The notes beneath the pieces are model-generated. The model had not been told where the DNA came from, did not search any database, and saw only the letters and a list, made by a program, of their open reading frames with translations. Of a DNA stretch of 64,000 nucleotides, positions 32,199-41,713 are shown piece by piece. The translations under genes were made by a program, and so were the position numbers. The DNA is from Candidatus Multivoradales bacterium (GTDB lineage: Bacteria; Acidobacteriota; Thermoanaerobaculia; Multivoradales; JAHEKO01), in assembly GCA_965248055.1 (NCBI GenBank), contig CBDFIJ010000004.1, forward strand, positions 2,272,001 through 2,336,000. The letters run 5' to 3'. The stretch's first letter is position 1, and each line of letters starts with the position of its first letter.

Positions 32199-32351
32199 CG
32201 GCGGCCGATTTCGTAGACCGACCAACCGTCTCAGATTAGGACGCCTGCCAATGGTGGTGAATAGGTCTGACAGATCGTCTCCAGCTAGGTGCGAATAGGA
32301 CCGGGTTACCAGCTGTTGCTGGTGCCCGCACCGATAAGGGTTCAAAAAACC

Positions 32352-32504
32352 CTAAAGTTCGATTGAGCCCTTGGCCGTTGACCCACCGTTGTAGGAACTA
32401 GTACCCGAGTTGAAACTGAGCGATCCAGTATCGGAACTTTCGTCGCCACCGGATATACCGAGAAACCCAACCAGAGCGAGCAATAGGGCGATTAGATTCA
32501 TCAT
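32352..32504 (-). CDS. Small secreted peptide (signal peptide plus Ser/Gly-rich tail)
   Basis: GGGAG RBS before MMNLIALLLALVGFLGISG-GDESSDTG...KGSIEL. Confidence 0.55.
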   Translation of the reverse strand: MMNLIALLLALVGFLGISGGDESSDTGSLSFNSGTSSYNGGSTAKGSIEL

Positions 32505-32733
32505 AAGAGACTCCCGTCGTTCAGTGAAAGTGTTTACGAGGTATTTCGCAGCCACCTTCAAGAAATAACTCTTTGGAGTGTAGAACTCTTTGACCCCTAA
32601 AGTGATGTGATTTCAGTCACATAGCTCATTTCAAAGAGCCTTGATACGGTTACGCGTAGGCGGCGACAAGACCGGCGTTGGCCTGCGAAGCTGGTTTTTC
32701 TGGTGGGCTCGGGTATTCCTGGGCAAGGGTTGT

Positions 32734-33456
32734 CTATTTCCGCCTGGAAGGTTTTGGCGGCTGGTCGAGCTGTTCTTGCACCAGCTGAAGCTGGCAGTCG
32801 CGCTCGCCAGCTGAGGTCAATGTCTCGCGGTCGAGTAGCTCAAAACCGATGCCGATCTGAGAAAACGGCCACGGCACCCAAGTGCGATCCCAAGACGACA
32901 AACGGGAAGAAGAACTGGCTGAGGCAGTGATGGCAACAATCGAGAGATCGGTCAACTGCGACAACATGACGACCCCAGGTGCAGCTTGGCGAGCCGGGCC
33001 CCGAGGTCCATCGGGGATCAAGACCGGGGATAAACCTTGGCTGCGAGATTCGCGAGCCAGTTGGCGAACCGCCGCCATCCCCCCTGAAGAACTCGAACCG
33101 CGCACAGTCTGAATCCCCCAACGCTTAAGAACTTTATCCCCGACGTCACCATCTTCGGAGCGAGAGATCAGCGCAATCAACGGCTTGCCTCGCCGGTGGA
33201 CCTTGCGAGCGAGGAAAGGCGCGACCAGAAATAAGGACTCATGCCAAGTGGCAAAGATCAAGGGATCGTTTGCGCCGCGCAACGCGGCCAGATGTTCCAT
33301 GCCAGAGACCACCCGATAGCGGCAGGTGTGAGCATAAAACTCCAGAAGTAGCCATCCAACCCAGGCGCTAAACGCAACCCGCCGATCACGGCGACGATCT
33401 GGATCGCGGTCGGTCGATGGATCATCGGTAGAAGATTCGGGTTGTGGTGCTGGCAT
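32734..33456 (-). CDS. DUF374 / lysophospholipid acyltransferase family protein
   Basis: IFATWH, LISRSEDG, VRGSSSSGG, PDGPRGP. Confidence 0.88.
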   Translation of the reverse strand: MPAPQPESSTDDPSTDRDPDRRRDRRVAFSAWVGWLLLEFYAHTCRYRVVSGMEHLAALRGANDPLIFATWHESLFLVAPFLARKVHRRGKPLIALISRSEDGDVGDKVLKRWGIQTVRGSSSSGGMAAVRQLARESRSQGLSPVLIPDGPRGPARQAAPGVVMLSQLTDLSIVAITASASSSSRLSSWDRTWVPWPFSQIGIGFELLDRETLTSAGERDCQLQLVQEQLDQPPKPSRRK

Positions 33457-33558
33457 GGTCGAACCGGAAGTGTAGCTGCCCGTAGCACCGTTAGCCCAGT
33501 GGTGATAGTTAGCCCCGCAAACCGAACCCCTGTAGAAGGCCTCCTCGCGATCCTCTGT

Positions 33559-34266
33559 TCAATTCAGGGTGAAGTGAATCAAGAGTTGATAGCGCACCGG
33601 TACTGGAGTGCCATCGAGCAGAGTTGCCGGCTGGAAGCGCCAATCACGCACTGCTTCGACAGCCGATTCGGCTAGCCCCATCGACAGAGATCGAATTACT
33701 TGGAGGTCGCGCACGTCTCCGGCTCGGTCGATGACCAACGCCAGTTCAACCACCCCCTCAATCCGAGTCCTTCTAGCGATCTCGGTGTATCCCGGCTGAG
33801 AGCCGAAGATCTTGACCGGCGCGGCGACCTCACCCCCAACTTCCAAGACCGTGTCGAGTTGCGGCAGCGGCGGAGCATCCGGAATTGCTAATTCGATCTC
33901 GTTGGCGGTGAAATGAGGGCTCGGTGGGAGCGCTTGTATGACTTGGATCGGTTCGGGGGCGATGTCGGGAGGGCCGGGAATCAACACCCTTGTTCCGGTC
34001 ATTTCGGGTTGCGGGGCAACTGGAGTTAGCGGTTTTGGCGCGAATTCAACAATCTGAAAGGGCCGAGGTCGAGGCGACATCTCGGTGCGAATGAACGGCA
34101 GTGGATCGGCCCAGCGCAGGAGAAACAAACCAACGTGCAAACTAATGGCAAACAGAACCGCGAATCGCAGTGCGAATTGCTCGGTAGCGTGTTCTTCGTT
34201 GGCGGATGCGCGATCGATGACGCCGAACCCGTGAATCGTTGAAGCGTTGTGTCTGCTCATGTTCAC
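33559..34266 (-). CDS. tonB: Energy transducer TonB
   Basis: TM with SLHV, Pro-rich linker, YTEIARRTRIEGVV...AVRDWRFQPA. Confidence 0.85.
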   Translation of the reverse strand: MNMSRHNASTIHGFGVIDRASANEEHATEQFALRFAVLFAISLHVGLFLLRWADPLPFIRTEMSPRPRPFQIVEFAPKPLTPVAPQPEMTGTRVLIPGPPDIAPEPIQVIQALPPSPHFTANEIELAIPDAPPLPQLDTVLEVGGEVAAPVKIFGSQPGYTEIARRTRIEGVVELALVIDRAGDVRDLQVIRSLSMGLAESAVEAVRDWRFQPATLLDGTPVPVRYQLLIHFTLN

Positions 34267-34380
34267 TCCTCTGATGGGATAGACGGTTCAGCGACTTGAT
34301 GAGTTCCCGTAGCCAGAGAATCCGACCGGCTTGCAATGCGCTTCAGTTCATCAAGGTAAAATCTGCCAACGGACTGCGAT

Positions 34381-36312
34381 ATGGGCCAGCACGACGTAGA
34401 TCGCCACACCGACCCGGAACGTCTCAGGACGTTCACGCGCGAAGTATTGAAAGATCTCCGCGCTCTTCGACGCATGGAGCAAGAAGAGATGTTCGAGACC
34501 GGAGTTCGTCGAATCGGTGCTGAGCAGGAGATGTTTTTGGTTGACCCAAGGGGACATCCTGCACCGGTGGCGATGGAAGTGCTAGAGATCTCAGACGACC
34601 CCAACTTGACCACTGAGCTGGGCAAATTCAATCTGGAAATCAATCTTGAACCGGAGCTGTTTGTCGACCGGTGTTTGAATAACCTGGAGCAGCAGCTCAA
34701 TCAGCGGTTAGCGCGGGTGCGCGAGTCAGTTCACCAAGTTGGAGCCGAAGTCGCCCTGGTCGGTATCCTGCCGAGCCTGACCCCACGCCACTTGACCTTG
34801 GACTGGATGGCTCCGATTCCCCGCTACTACGCGCTCAACGAGGCTTTCCGGCGGCTGCGCAACGACCGACCGTTTCGATTTCGCATCACCGGGTGCGACG
34901 AGTTGATCGGCAAGCACGACAACGTGATGTTTGAGGCTTGCAACACCAGTTTTCAAATGCACCTGCAGGTCAGTCCCGCAGAATTTCCCAGGCTTTACAA
35001 CTTGGCCCAGTTAGTGGCTGGCCCGACATTGGCGGCAGCCACCAACTCCCCGCTGCTGTTCGGTCGGCAGCTATGGCGAGAAACCCGGATCGCGGTGTTT
35101 GAGCAATCGGTCGATACTCGGCATTCTAGCCACCTGCGGGAGCAAGCGGCCAGGGTGAGCTTTGGCCGCGACTGGATACGTTCCTCGGTTCGAGAGATTT
35201 ACCAAGAAGACATCGCCCGATTTCGCTCAATCTTGGCGATCGATGTGGCCGAGGACTCGCTAGAAATCCTAGAGCGTGGTGGAATCCCGAAACTCGAGGC
35301 GTTGTCTTTGTTCAACGGCACCGTCTATCGCTGGAATCGCCCCTGTTACGGGATTACCGAGGGCAAGCCCCATTTGCGCATTGAGAATCGGGTGCTGCCA
35401 TCTGGCCCGACCACTTTGGACGAAGTGGCCAACAGTGCATTTTGGCTGGGCGTGATGATCGAGTTGCCCGACCAGTTGGGAGAAATATCGGAAGAAATGG
35501 ACTTCCGCCATGTACGCGACAACTTTGTTGCTTGTGCACGGCGGGGATTGGGGGCGCAGATCGCGTGGCCAGGAATGGGAGAGATCTCGGTGGCGAACTT
35601 GATTCTGGAACACCTCCTGCCGGCAGCTCGTCGGGGCTTGCAACAGCGTCAAGTCGATGATGGAGATATAGACCGCTACCTCGCGGTCATCGAACAGAGA
35701 GTTCTCACTGGGCGCACCGGTTCCCAGTGGCAGATCGATGCTTTGGAGGCACTGGCACCGAAGGTTGACCGCGGGGCGGTTTTTGGTGCCCTGGTTCAAG
35801 GACTGGTCAATCGCCAGTGGCAGGGTGCCCCAGTGCATACCTGGCAATCGGTACAAATCGATGAAGGAGATGAATTGTCAACCCACGCGCAAGTTGAAGA
35901 CATCATGAGCACCGACCTGTTCACCATCAACGAGGAAGATGTAGTGGACGTCGCGGCGGCGATGATGAAATGGCGCCACATACGCCGAATTCCGGTCGAG
36001 GACGGGTCAGGGACCCTGGTGGGTTTGGTCACCTACCGAGGCCTGATACGTTTGCTAAGTCGAGGTGAGGCTGGCCGCATGAAACCGACTGCGGTTTCTT
36101 TGATTATGGAGACCGAAGTGGTTACGGTGACGCCCAACGTGCCGACATTGGACGCCGCCCGGTTGATGAGAAAACGCAAGATCGGTTGCTTACCGGTGGT
36201 CGACCAGGACAACCGTTTGGTTGGGATCGTCACCGAGAACGATCTGGTGCGAATCGCCTGGCCACTGCTTGAAGCACATCTCGCTTCGGCGTCAAGCGAC
36301 GACACGGTTTGA
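34381..36312 (+). CDS. Glutamate-cysteine ligase family 2 protein fused to a CBS domain pair
   Basis: IGAEQEMFLVD, ELGKFNLE, EACNTSFQMHLQV, HLRIENR; C-terminal CBS pair. Confidence 0.85.
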   Translation: MGQHDVDRHTDPERLRTFTREVLKDLRALRRMEQEEMFETGVRRIGAEQEMFLVDPRGHPAPVAMEVLEISDDPNLTTELGKFNLEINLEPELFVDRCLNNLEQQLNQRLARVRESVHQVGAEVALVGILPSLTPRHLTLDWMAPIPRYYALNEAFRRLRNDRPFRFRITGCDELIGKHDNVMFEACNTSFQMHLQVSPAEFPRLYNLAQLVAGPTLAAATNSPLLFGRQLWRETRIAVFEQSVDTRHSSHLREQAARVSFGRDWIRSSVREIYQEDIARFRSILAIDVAEDSLEILERGGIPKLEALSLFNGTVYRWNRPCYGITEGKPHLRIENRVLPSGPTTLDEVANSAFWLGVMIELPDQLGEISEEMDFRHVRDNFVACARRGLGAQIAWPGMGEISVANLILEHLLPAARRGLQQRQVDDGDIDRYLAVIEQRVLTGRTGSQWQIDALEALAPKVDRGAVFGALVQGLVNRQWQGAPVHTWQSVQIDEGDELSTHAQVEDIMSTDLFTINEEDVVDVAAAMMKWRHIRRIPVEDGSGTLVGLVTYRGLIRLLSRGEAGRMKPTAVSLIMETEVVTVTPNVPTLDAARLMRKRKIGCLPVVDQDNRLVGIVTENDLVRIAWPLLEAHLASASSDDTV

Positions 36313-36387
36313 TCTCTTGGCCTCAGTGTCGAGTCGACAACTGAGGCAGGAGTGCTCTCAACCAAAGACTCGCTACTATCTTCTACC

Positions 36388-37113
36388 ATGCGCACTGATC
36401 ACCTCCACACCAGCGAAGCAATCCGCCATCGACTGTCGGAGGGTCCCGAGGTCCACTACCTACGAGACTCCATCTACGGAGGTATCGATGGCGCGATTAC
36501 CACGTTTGCCATCGTGGCCGGTGCTGTGGGTGCCGAGCTATCTTCGGTCGTAGTGATCGTTCTTGGCGTCGCCAACCTATTAGCAGACGGGCTGTCGATG
36601 GCGGCAGGCAACTATTCTGCGACCCGAGCCGAAGTCGACGTTGAAGAACACCTGCGTGCGATCGAAAAACGCCACATTGAACTGCATCCAGAGGGAGAGC
36701 GCGAAGAGATTCGTCAAATCTTTGCCGCCAAAGGATTCTCTGGGGAACACCTGGAAAGTGTCGTCGAAGTGATCTCGGCCGACCACGGCCGTTGGATTCA
36801 AACCATGCTCACCGAAGAATACGGTCTGCCCCTGGAAGGCCGATCGCCGTGGCGGGCTGCATGGGCGACGTTCTCCGCGTTCTTGCTGTGCGGCGGCGTT
36901 CCCTTGATTCCCTATCTGCTCAAGGTGCCGCACGCGTTTGCTGCTGCATCGATCACCACTGCAGGAGTCTTCTTCGTCATCGGCTGCGCGCGAGCCCGCT
37001 GGTCCGTCGCCCCCTGGTGGAAGACCGGCCTCGGCACCCTCGGCATCGGAGGGTTAGCCGCCGCCGTGTCGTTCGCCGTTGGCCGTGGCTTGTCGATCTT
37101 GTTCGGCGTCTAA
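36388..37113 (+). CDS. VIT1/CCC1 family transporter
   Basis: YGGIDGAITTFAIVAG, ANLLADGLSMA, MLTEEYG. Confidence 0.92.
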   Translation: MRTDHLHTSEAIRHRLSEGPEVHYLRDSIYGGIDGAITTFAIVAGAVGAELSSVVVIVLGVANLLADGLSMAAGNYSATRAEVDVEEHLRAIEKRHIELHPEGEREEIRQIFAAKGFSGEHLESVVEVISADHGRWIQTMLTEEYGLPLEGRSPWRAAWATFSAFLLCGGVPLIPYLLKVPHAFAAASITTAGVFFVIGCARARWSVAPWWKTGLGTLGIGGLAAAVSFAVGRGLSILFGV

Positions 37114-37136
37114 CTACACGTTGTCCTTGAAAAGAA

Positions 37137-37184
37137 TGGTGCACCGAGGAGAATTCGAATCCCCAACCTCCTGATCCGTAGTCA
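37137..37184 (-). other. 3' half of tRNA-Arg(ACG): att-site duplication marking the island boundary
   Basis: Minus strand reads TGACT-ACG-GATCAGGAGGTTGGGGATTCGAATTCTCCTCGGTGCACCA (anticodon arm, T arm, CCA); no D arm or 5' half; adjacent to an integrase. Confidence 0.85.
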
Positions 37185-37324
37185 ATATTTTCGAGAGTGC
37201 TGCGCGTTGCTGTGGGGTGAATATATCAATAACTATAAGCGTTATGTCTTGACTCGGCCGGCTGTACTCTGCCACGATATGCACTGTTTTGATTACTATA
37301 CGATTACTGTAGAGGTGCAAGGCG

Positions 37325-38554
37325 ATGAAACGCAAGCTCACCAAGCGCACAATTGACGCTCTGAAACCAAAGACTGGGGAGAACTTCGTCTGGGATACCG
37401 AAGTGACCGGTTTTGGGATCAAAGTGTTCCCTTCAGGCAGTAAGTCCTACGTCTTCCAGTACCGTGTCACGGTACGAGGCAAGAAGGGACCCGCACGCCG
37501 CATCACGCTCGCGCGAGTCGGTGAGGTGACGCTCGATCAGGCGCGAAGGACTGCAACAGATCATCTACAGGCGGCTCGTATGGGAGAAGATCCACGGGGT
37601 AGCCGAAAGGCGGTAGACAGTCCAACTGTCGCAGACTTGGTTAAGCGCTTTCTCGACAATTTCTTGCCGAACAAGAAACGCCCACCACGTCCCAAGACCA
37701 TGTCGTACTACGAGAGCTTGCTGCGATGTCATGTTGTGCCCGCGATAGGTGCCAAGCAAGTCGACGAGATCGAACGCGCTGACATCGAAGCGCTGCACAG
37801 CTCCATGCGCGACAAGCCGTATATGGGCAACCGCACCGTGACGGTCTTAGGGCAGGCCTTTGATTACGCGGAAGTCCTGGGTTGGCGGCAACAAGGCTCG
37901 AACCCGACTCGGCACATTGAGCGGTATCGTGAACTCAAGCGTGGCGCCAAGAAGGAAGTCATGCTTACACCAAAGCAAATGGGCGATCTCTTGAGGGCGA
38001 TTGACAAGGAAGAAGCGGATGGCGCAGACCCCACCTCCTGTGCTGCCATTCGCGTCGCCTTCTGGACCGGATGGCGGATCTCCGAAGTGCTCCGCCTTGA
38101 GTGGGAAAACGTCGACCTTGAGACGGGATCAACCAAGTTGCTTCTCACTAAAACCGCTGACGCGGAATACCGCCAGATGCCTACTCCTGCGATTGAGATT
38201 GTAAAGAATCAAAAGCAGCTCATTGGATGTCCCTACGTGTTCCCTGGCCGTTACAGTTACGGTCATCTCACCACGGTCAAAGGACCGTGGTTTCGGATTA
38301 GGAAACGAGCAGGACTAGACAATCTTGAAGGACTCGGTGGGTTGCGCCTCCACGACCTCAGGCATAACGTCGTGAGCTGGGATATCTCCCGAGGTGTTTC
38401 GTTGGAAATCGCCGGCAAGAACGTCGGTCACCGATCCCGTGATGCGACAGAAGTGTGCGCGCACTTTGCGCCGGATGCTTTGAAGCGAGCTGCTGATGCG
38501 CGGGCCGAAGCGATGCGGAAAGCAGTGGAGAGTGCCGATGCTCGCGCTACTTGA
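37325..38554 (+). CDS. Tyrosine integrase (arm-binding DUF4102 type); catalytic Tyr apparently replaced by Cys
   Basis: WDTEVTGFG, TGWRISE, HDLRH, VGHRSRDATEVCAH. Confidence 0.9.
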   Translation: MKRKLTKRTIDALKPKTGENFVWDTEVTGFGIKVFPSGSKSYVFQYRVTVRGKKGPARRITLARVGEVTLDQARRTATDHLQAARMGEDPRGSRKAVDSPTVADLVKRFLDNFLPNKKRPPRPKTMSYYESLLRCHVVPAIGAKQVDEIERADIEALHSSMRDKPYMGNRTVTVLGQAFDYAEVLGWRQQGSNPTRHIERYRELKRGAKKEVMLTPKQMGDLLRAIDKEEADGADPTSCAAIRVAFWTGWRISEVLRLEWENVDLETGSTKLLLTKTADAEYRQMPTPAIEIVKNQKQLIGCPYVFPGRYSYGHLTTVKGPWFRIRKRAGLDNLEGLGGLRLHDLRHNVVSWDISRGVSLEIAGKNVGHRSRDATEVCAHFAPDALKRAADARAEAMRKAVESADARAT

Positions 38555-38579
38555 CTGGCATGACCGGCAAGTAAGGCAC

Positions 38580-38605
38580 AAAAAGGGCCACCAGAGTGGT
38601 GGCCC
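38580..38605 (-). terminator. Intrinsic terminator between convergent genes
   Basis: GGGCCACCA-gag-TGGTGGCCC with a flanking A-run. Confidence 0.65.
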
Positions 38606-38625
38606 GGAACTTAGGAGCTGACTAC

Positions 38626-38934
38626 TCAGCCTCGCTTAAGATAATACTGATCTTGAACGCTGCCTACGGGTTCGAGCGGATTGTACCTCGCCATCTTGGC
38701 GTCGAGCTTGCCCTCGATCTCTTGGATTGAGAAGGTCGCCGCCGATCGCACAAGCGAGCGGGTGTCCTTCTTGGCCTTTTGTAGCCTATTGAGTACTAAG
38801 CTTTGAAGCGCACCGTTCTTGGAGCGACCGATGTCGCCAAGCGTGCGAGCCGCAAAGAACCGCGTACCCGCGTGAGGTGAGTCCAACTCAGCCAGTACCT
38901 TTTCTATGCTCTCGCGATTACTCGTGCACATCAA
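38626..38934 (-). CDS. Small HEAT-repeat protein
   Basis: TRFFAARTLGDIG and LVRSAATFSI; AGGAG RBS. Confidence 0.65.
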   Translation of the reverse strand: MMCTSNRESIEKVLAELDSPHAGTRFFAARTLGDIGRSKNGALQSLVLNRLQKAKKDTRSLVRSAATFSIQEIEGKLDAKMARYNPLEPVGSVQDQYYLKRG

Positions 38935-39127
38935 ATTGTTCTCCTTGACCTTCTTTGGCCACGTCGGTTAGTAAACAAGCACCATCCGGTCAGTGTCAAC
39001 GTGGACACGTACCGGAACAAGTCTGCTATCCAGTGTGCCAACCGCAGGGGCGCCTGTCAAGTCCTTTATTCACAGTGGTTTGGATTGGGGCTAACTTAAT
39101 TTTAGTATAATTATTATTATTTTAGTA

Positions 39128-39156
39128 TTGACATCAGGCTAATAGAATTCTAGAGT
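39128..39156 (+). promoter_or_regulatory. Sigma70-type promoter TTGACA-N17-TAGAGT with AT-rich upstream element
   Basis: Perfect -35, 17-nt spacer, AT-rich tract at 39091-39127; heads the cupin-to-pheT operon. Confidence 0.7.
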
Positions 39157-39182
39157 CGGGGTTGGAAGGAGAAACGAGAAAC

Positions 39183-39569
39183 ATGAACGCAGAAACAGGT
39201 CGATCCCAAGGGCTAACTGTGGTGACTCCAGAGCAGCGCGAGACCGACAATGAACACGGCTTTGTCCGCGGCTGGGGTGTCTCAGCCAGTGCCTCGGGCA
39301 GTCACGACATCAGTATGGCATACGGCGAGCTGCCTCCCGGCATAAAGGCGGCAGCACATTGGCATCCTTTTGAAACGGCCATCTACATCGTTTCTGGGAA
39401 GGTGCGGGTCTACTACGGAGAAGATATGGCCGAGTACGTGGACGTTCGAGGTGGAGACTTCTTGACCATTCCCGCGGATGTCCCTCATGGCCCAGAGAAT
39501 CGGTCTGATACTCCAATGACCTACATCGTGGCCCGAGCTGCTGCGGCTGAGTCGGGGCACGAGATCTAA
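39183..39569 (+). CDS. Cupin domain protein
   Basis: AHWHPFETAIYIVSG...GDFLTIPADVPHGPEN metal-binding cupin motifs. Confidence 0.88.
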   Translation: MNAETGRSQGLTVVTPEQRETDNEHGFVRGWGVSASASGSHDISMAYGELPPGIKAAAHWHPFETAIYIVSGKVRVYYGEDMAEYVDVRGGDFLTIPADVPHGPENRSDTPMTYIVARAAAAESGHEI

Positions 39570-39579
39570 CCGAACCTTC

Positions 39580-40749
39580 GTGTCTCTTGTGACTGCTCCC
39601 AACCCGTTAAGACTCGGCGCTCGCTCTGGGCTCACACTGATGTGTGCAGGGCCGGCTCAGGCTGAGAGGAGTGTTCTTGCTGAGCTTGGCTCGCCTGTTC
39701 TACCGCATTTCGGCCCATCATGGCTTCCCCTTTTCACTGAGACCACGGAACTACTGAAGCTCGTGTTCGGGACCGAACACGATGTGCTGCTCATCCCGGG
39801 CCCGGGCACCGCAGCACTCGAGTTGGTGCTGAATAGTCTGGTGCCGCGCGATCAAGCCGTTTGCGCGATCACGAACGGTTTTTTTGGCGGGAGGTTGGCA
39901 GAACAGACTCAAGGCCTAGGGCGACGGGTTCATCGGGTTGAGTTCCCAACCGGTGAGGCGGTAGATCCAGTCGTTTTCGCTAGTCGCCTGGGCGATATTG
40001 TCGAGCGAAGTCGGTCCGAGGGTATCCAACTGAGAGCGGTTACCTTGGTTCACCACGAGACAAGCACCGGCGTTCTTAATCCACTGCAGGAGATCGCATC
40101 TGTCGTTCGTTCGCATGATCTTCTTCTTATTGTCGACGCAGTCTCGTCTCTAGGGGGGGCAGAGTTTGCGATGGACGAGTGGAGTATCGATGCGTGCGTG
40201 TCTGTCCCCAATAAGTGCCTGGCGGCTCCCGCTGGAGTCGCTTTGGTAGCGCTAAGTCCTCGAGCTTGGGAGGCTGCGAGTGCAAACAGGACTGCGACAG
40301 GCTGGTACTGGAATTTGGAGACTTGGCGGTGGCACGGGCATCAACGGCCTGAGATGCCGTATCCGTCTACACAACCCACTAATGTGATCGTTGCTCTGCG
40401 TCGTGCCTTGCTGAACATGATGAACGAGGGTCCCGAGAACTATCGAACCCGGGTCAGGGAAGCGGCCCGTTCAATTCGGTCTAGATTATCTGCCTATGGT
40501 TTCCGCCTCTTTCCTCCAGCCGACGTAGCTGCCCCGATGCTGAGCGCTTTCAAGGTTCCGGCCGGTCTCACGGTACAGGAAATCACAACCTATCTGTTAC
40601 ATCGCCATCGGATAGTGGTCGCCGCCAACTTGGACGAAACAACGCCACCGCTCATTCGAGTTGGTCATATGGGGGCGTCTTTGGGGGACGACTATGTTGA
40701 GGCCCTTGCCGGAGCAGTTGAAGAACTCGTTGCTCCGAACTGCTCCTGA
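39580..40749 (+). CDS. Class V PLP aminotransferase (serine-pyruvate/alanine-glyoxylate family)
   Basis: LMCAGP, VHHETSTGVLNP, VDAVSSLGG, SVPNKCLAAPAG (PLP Lys), IRVGHMG. Confidence 0.9.
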   Translation: MSLVTAPNPLRLGARSGLTLMCAGPAQAERSVLAELGSPVLPHFGPSWLPLFTETTELLKLVFGTEHDVLLIPGPGTAALELVLNSLVPRDQAVCAITNGFFGGRLAEQTQGLGRRVHRVEFPTGEAVDPVVFASRLGDIVERSRSEGIQLRAVTLVHHETSTGVLNPLQEIASVVRSHDLLLIVDAVSSLGGAEFAMDEWSIDACVSVPNKCLAAPAGVALVALSPRAWEAASANRTATGWYWNLETWRWHGHQRPEMPYPSTQPTNVIVALRRALLNMMNEGPENYRTRVREAARSIRSRLSAYGFRLFPPADVAAPMLSAFKVPAGLTVQEITTYLLHRHRIVVAANLDETTPPLIRVGHMGASLGDDYVEALAGAVEELVAPNCS

Positions 40750-40751
40750 TT

Positions 40752-41705
40752 ATGGCAGCAGAGACGAGCGGCGAAGCGAGGGTCCGCCACCTAGCGCAAT
40801 ATTTTTACTCGCTTCGAATTCAGCGCGGCTATGAGACGGTCGCCGAATACTTACGATTCTATTCGCTGCCGATTAGCGAAGCCTATTATAGGGCTTTGGA
40901 GTCGGGGACGAAGACGGGGCGCGAGGTTGGCATCGAAACGGCTCTGCGCCTTTGCGACGCTTTGGATGCCGACGAAGAACAGTTTTTTCTTCATCTCTTG
41001 CGCGATCTCCTTCCCGTTGAACTCTTTGAGCGGCTTGTTCGACCAATCCCCCTTCGTTCGTTCAAATCCGTGGCCGAGCACCAGGCAGATCTCGAACATG
41101 ATGTGCAGATATATCGTCAGGCTATGGCACAAGCGCGAATGGCGGAGAGCTATTTCCCGTCTCTGGAGGCAGTGGACCATCTGGCTAAGAACACCTCACT
41201 GCTTTCCTATATTCACTTCATTTATCTCTCCGAGAGTTGTACTTTCTCGGAACTCAAAGCATTCCAGCAAGCTGCGAAGCTCGAAGACGATCTGGCCGAC
41301 GTGATTACGGTGTTCAAGGCACTTGACCTGATTGAATTGACCGAGGCTGAAGCGCCAAGCGGTCCAAGGGTTAGGAAAAAACGAGCACTCTTCAGGGTTC
41401 CGCATTCACCAAGCGGACAAACCCTGAAGGATCTTTTCCTAGCGCAAGAGATTCAGCGAAGCTTTACTTCCGAACGCGCCGCTTTGCCATTCCAAGCGGG
41501 CACGAACTCCTTTATTGAGTCGTTTGTCGCGGCCTACAGTGCAAATGCCCACGAGGGACTTCGCCGGCGAGTGCTCGACGTGTTGGCTGAGCTTGCTGCG
41601 CACTCAGAGGACGCGGAGCCGTCTAATGCGGAGCCCTACTTCGTGGCCCTGGTGTTTTCCCCTCGTCCGGAGTATGTTAAAGCTACTAGCAATTTAGGAG
41701 AGTAA
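40752..41705 (+). CDS. XRE-like HTH protein with uncharacterised C-terminal domain (putative regulator)
   Basis: LAQYFYSLRIQRGY...ISEAYYRALESG...ALRLCDAL; central winged-helix-like segment. Confidence 0.6.
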   Translation: MAAETSGEARVRHLAQYFYSLRIQRGYETVAEYLRFYSLPISEAYYRALESGTKTGREVGIETALRLCDALDADEEQFFLHLLRDLLPVELFERLVRPIPLRSFKSVAEHQADLEHDVQIYRQAMAQARMAESYFPSLEAVDHLAKNTSLLSYIHFIYLSESCTFSELKAFQQAAKLEDDLADVITVFKALDLIELTEAEAPSGPRVRKKRALFRVPHSPSGQTLKDLFLAQEIQRSFTSERAALPFQAGTNSFIESFVAAYSANAHEGLRRRVLDVLAELAAHSEDAEPSNAEPYFVALVFSPRPEYVKATSNLGE

Positions 41706-41713
41706 AAGGTTCT

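Noticed and set aside
37137-37215. Complete tRNA-Arg gene
   Set aside because: Only the anticodon arm through CCA is present; the adjacent sequence cannot form a D arm or the 5' acceptor strand, so it is an att remnant.
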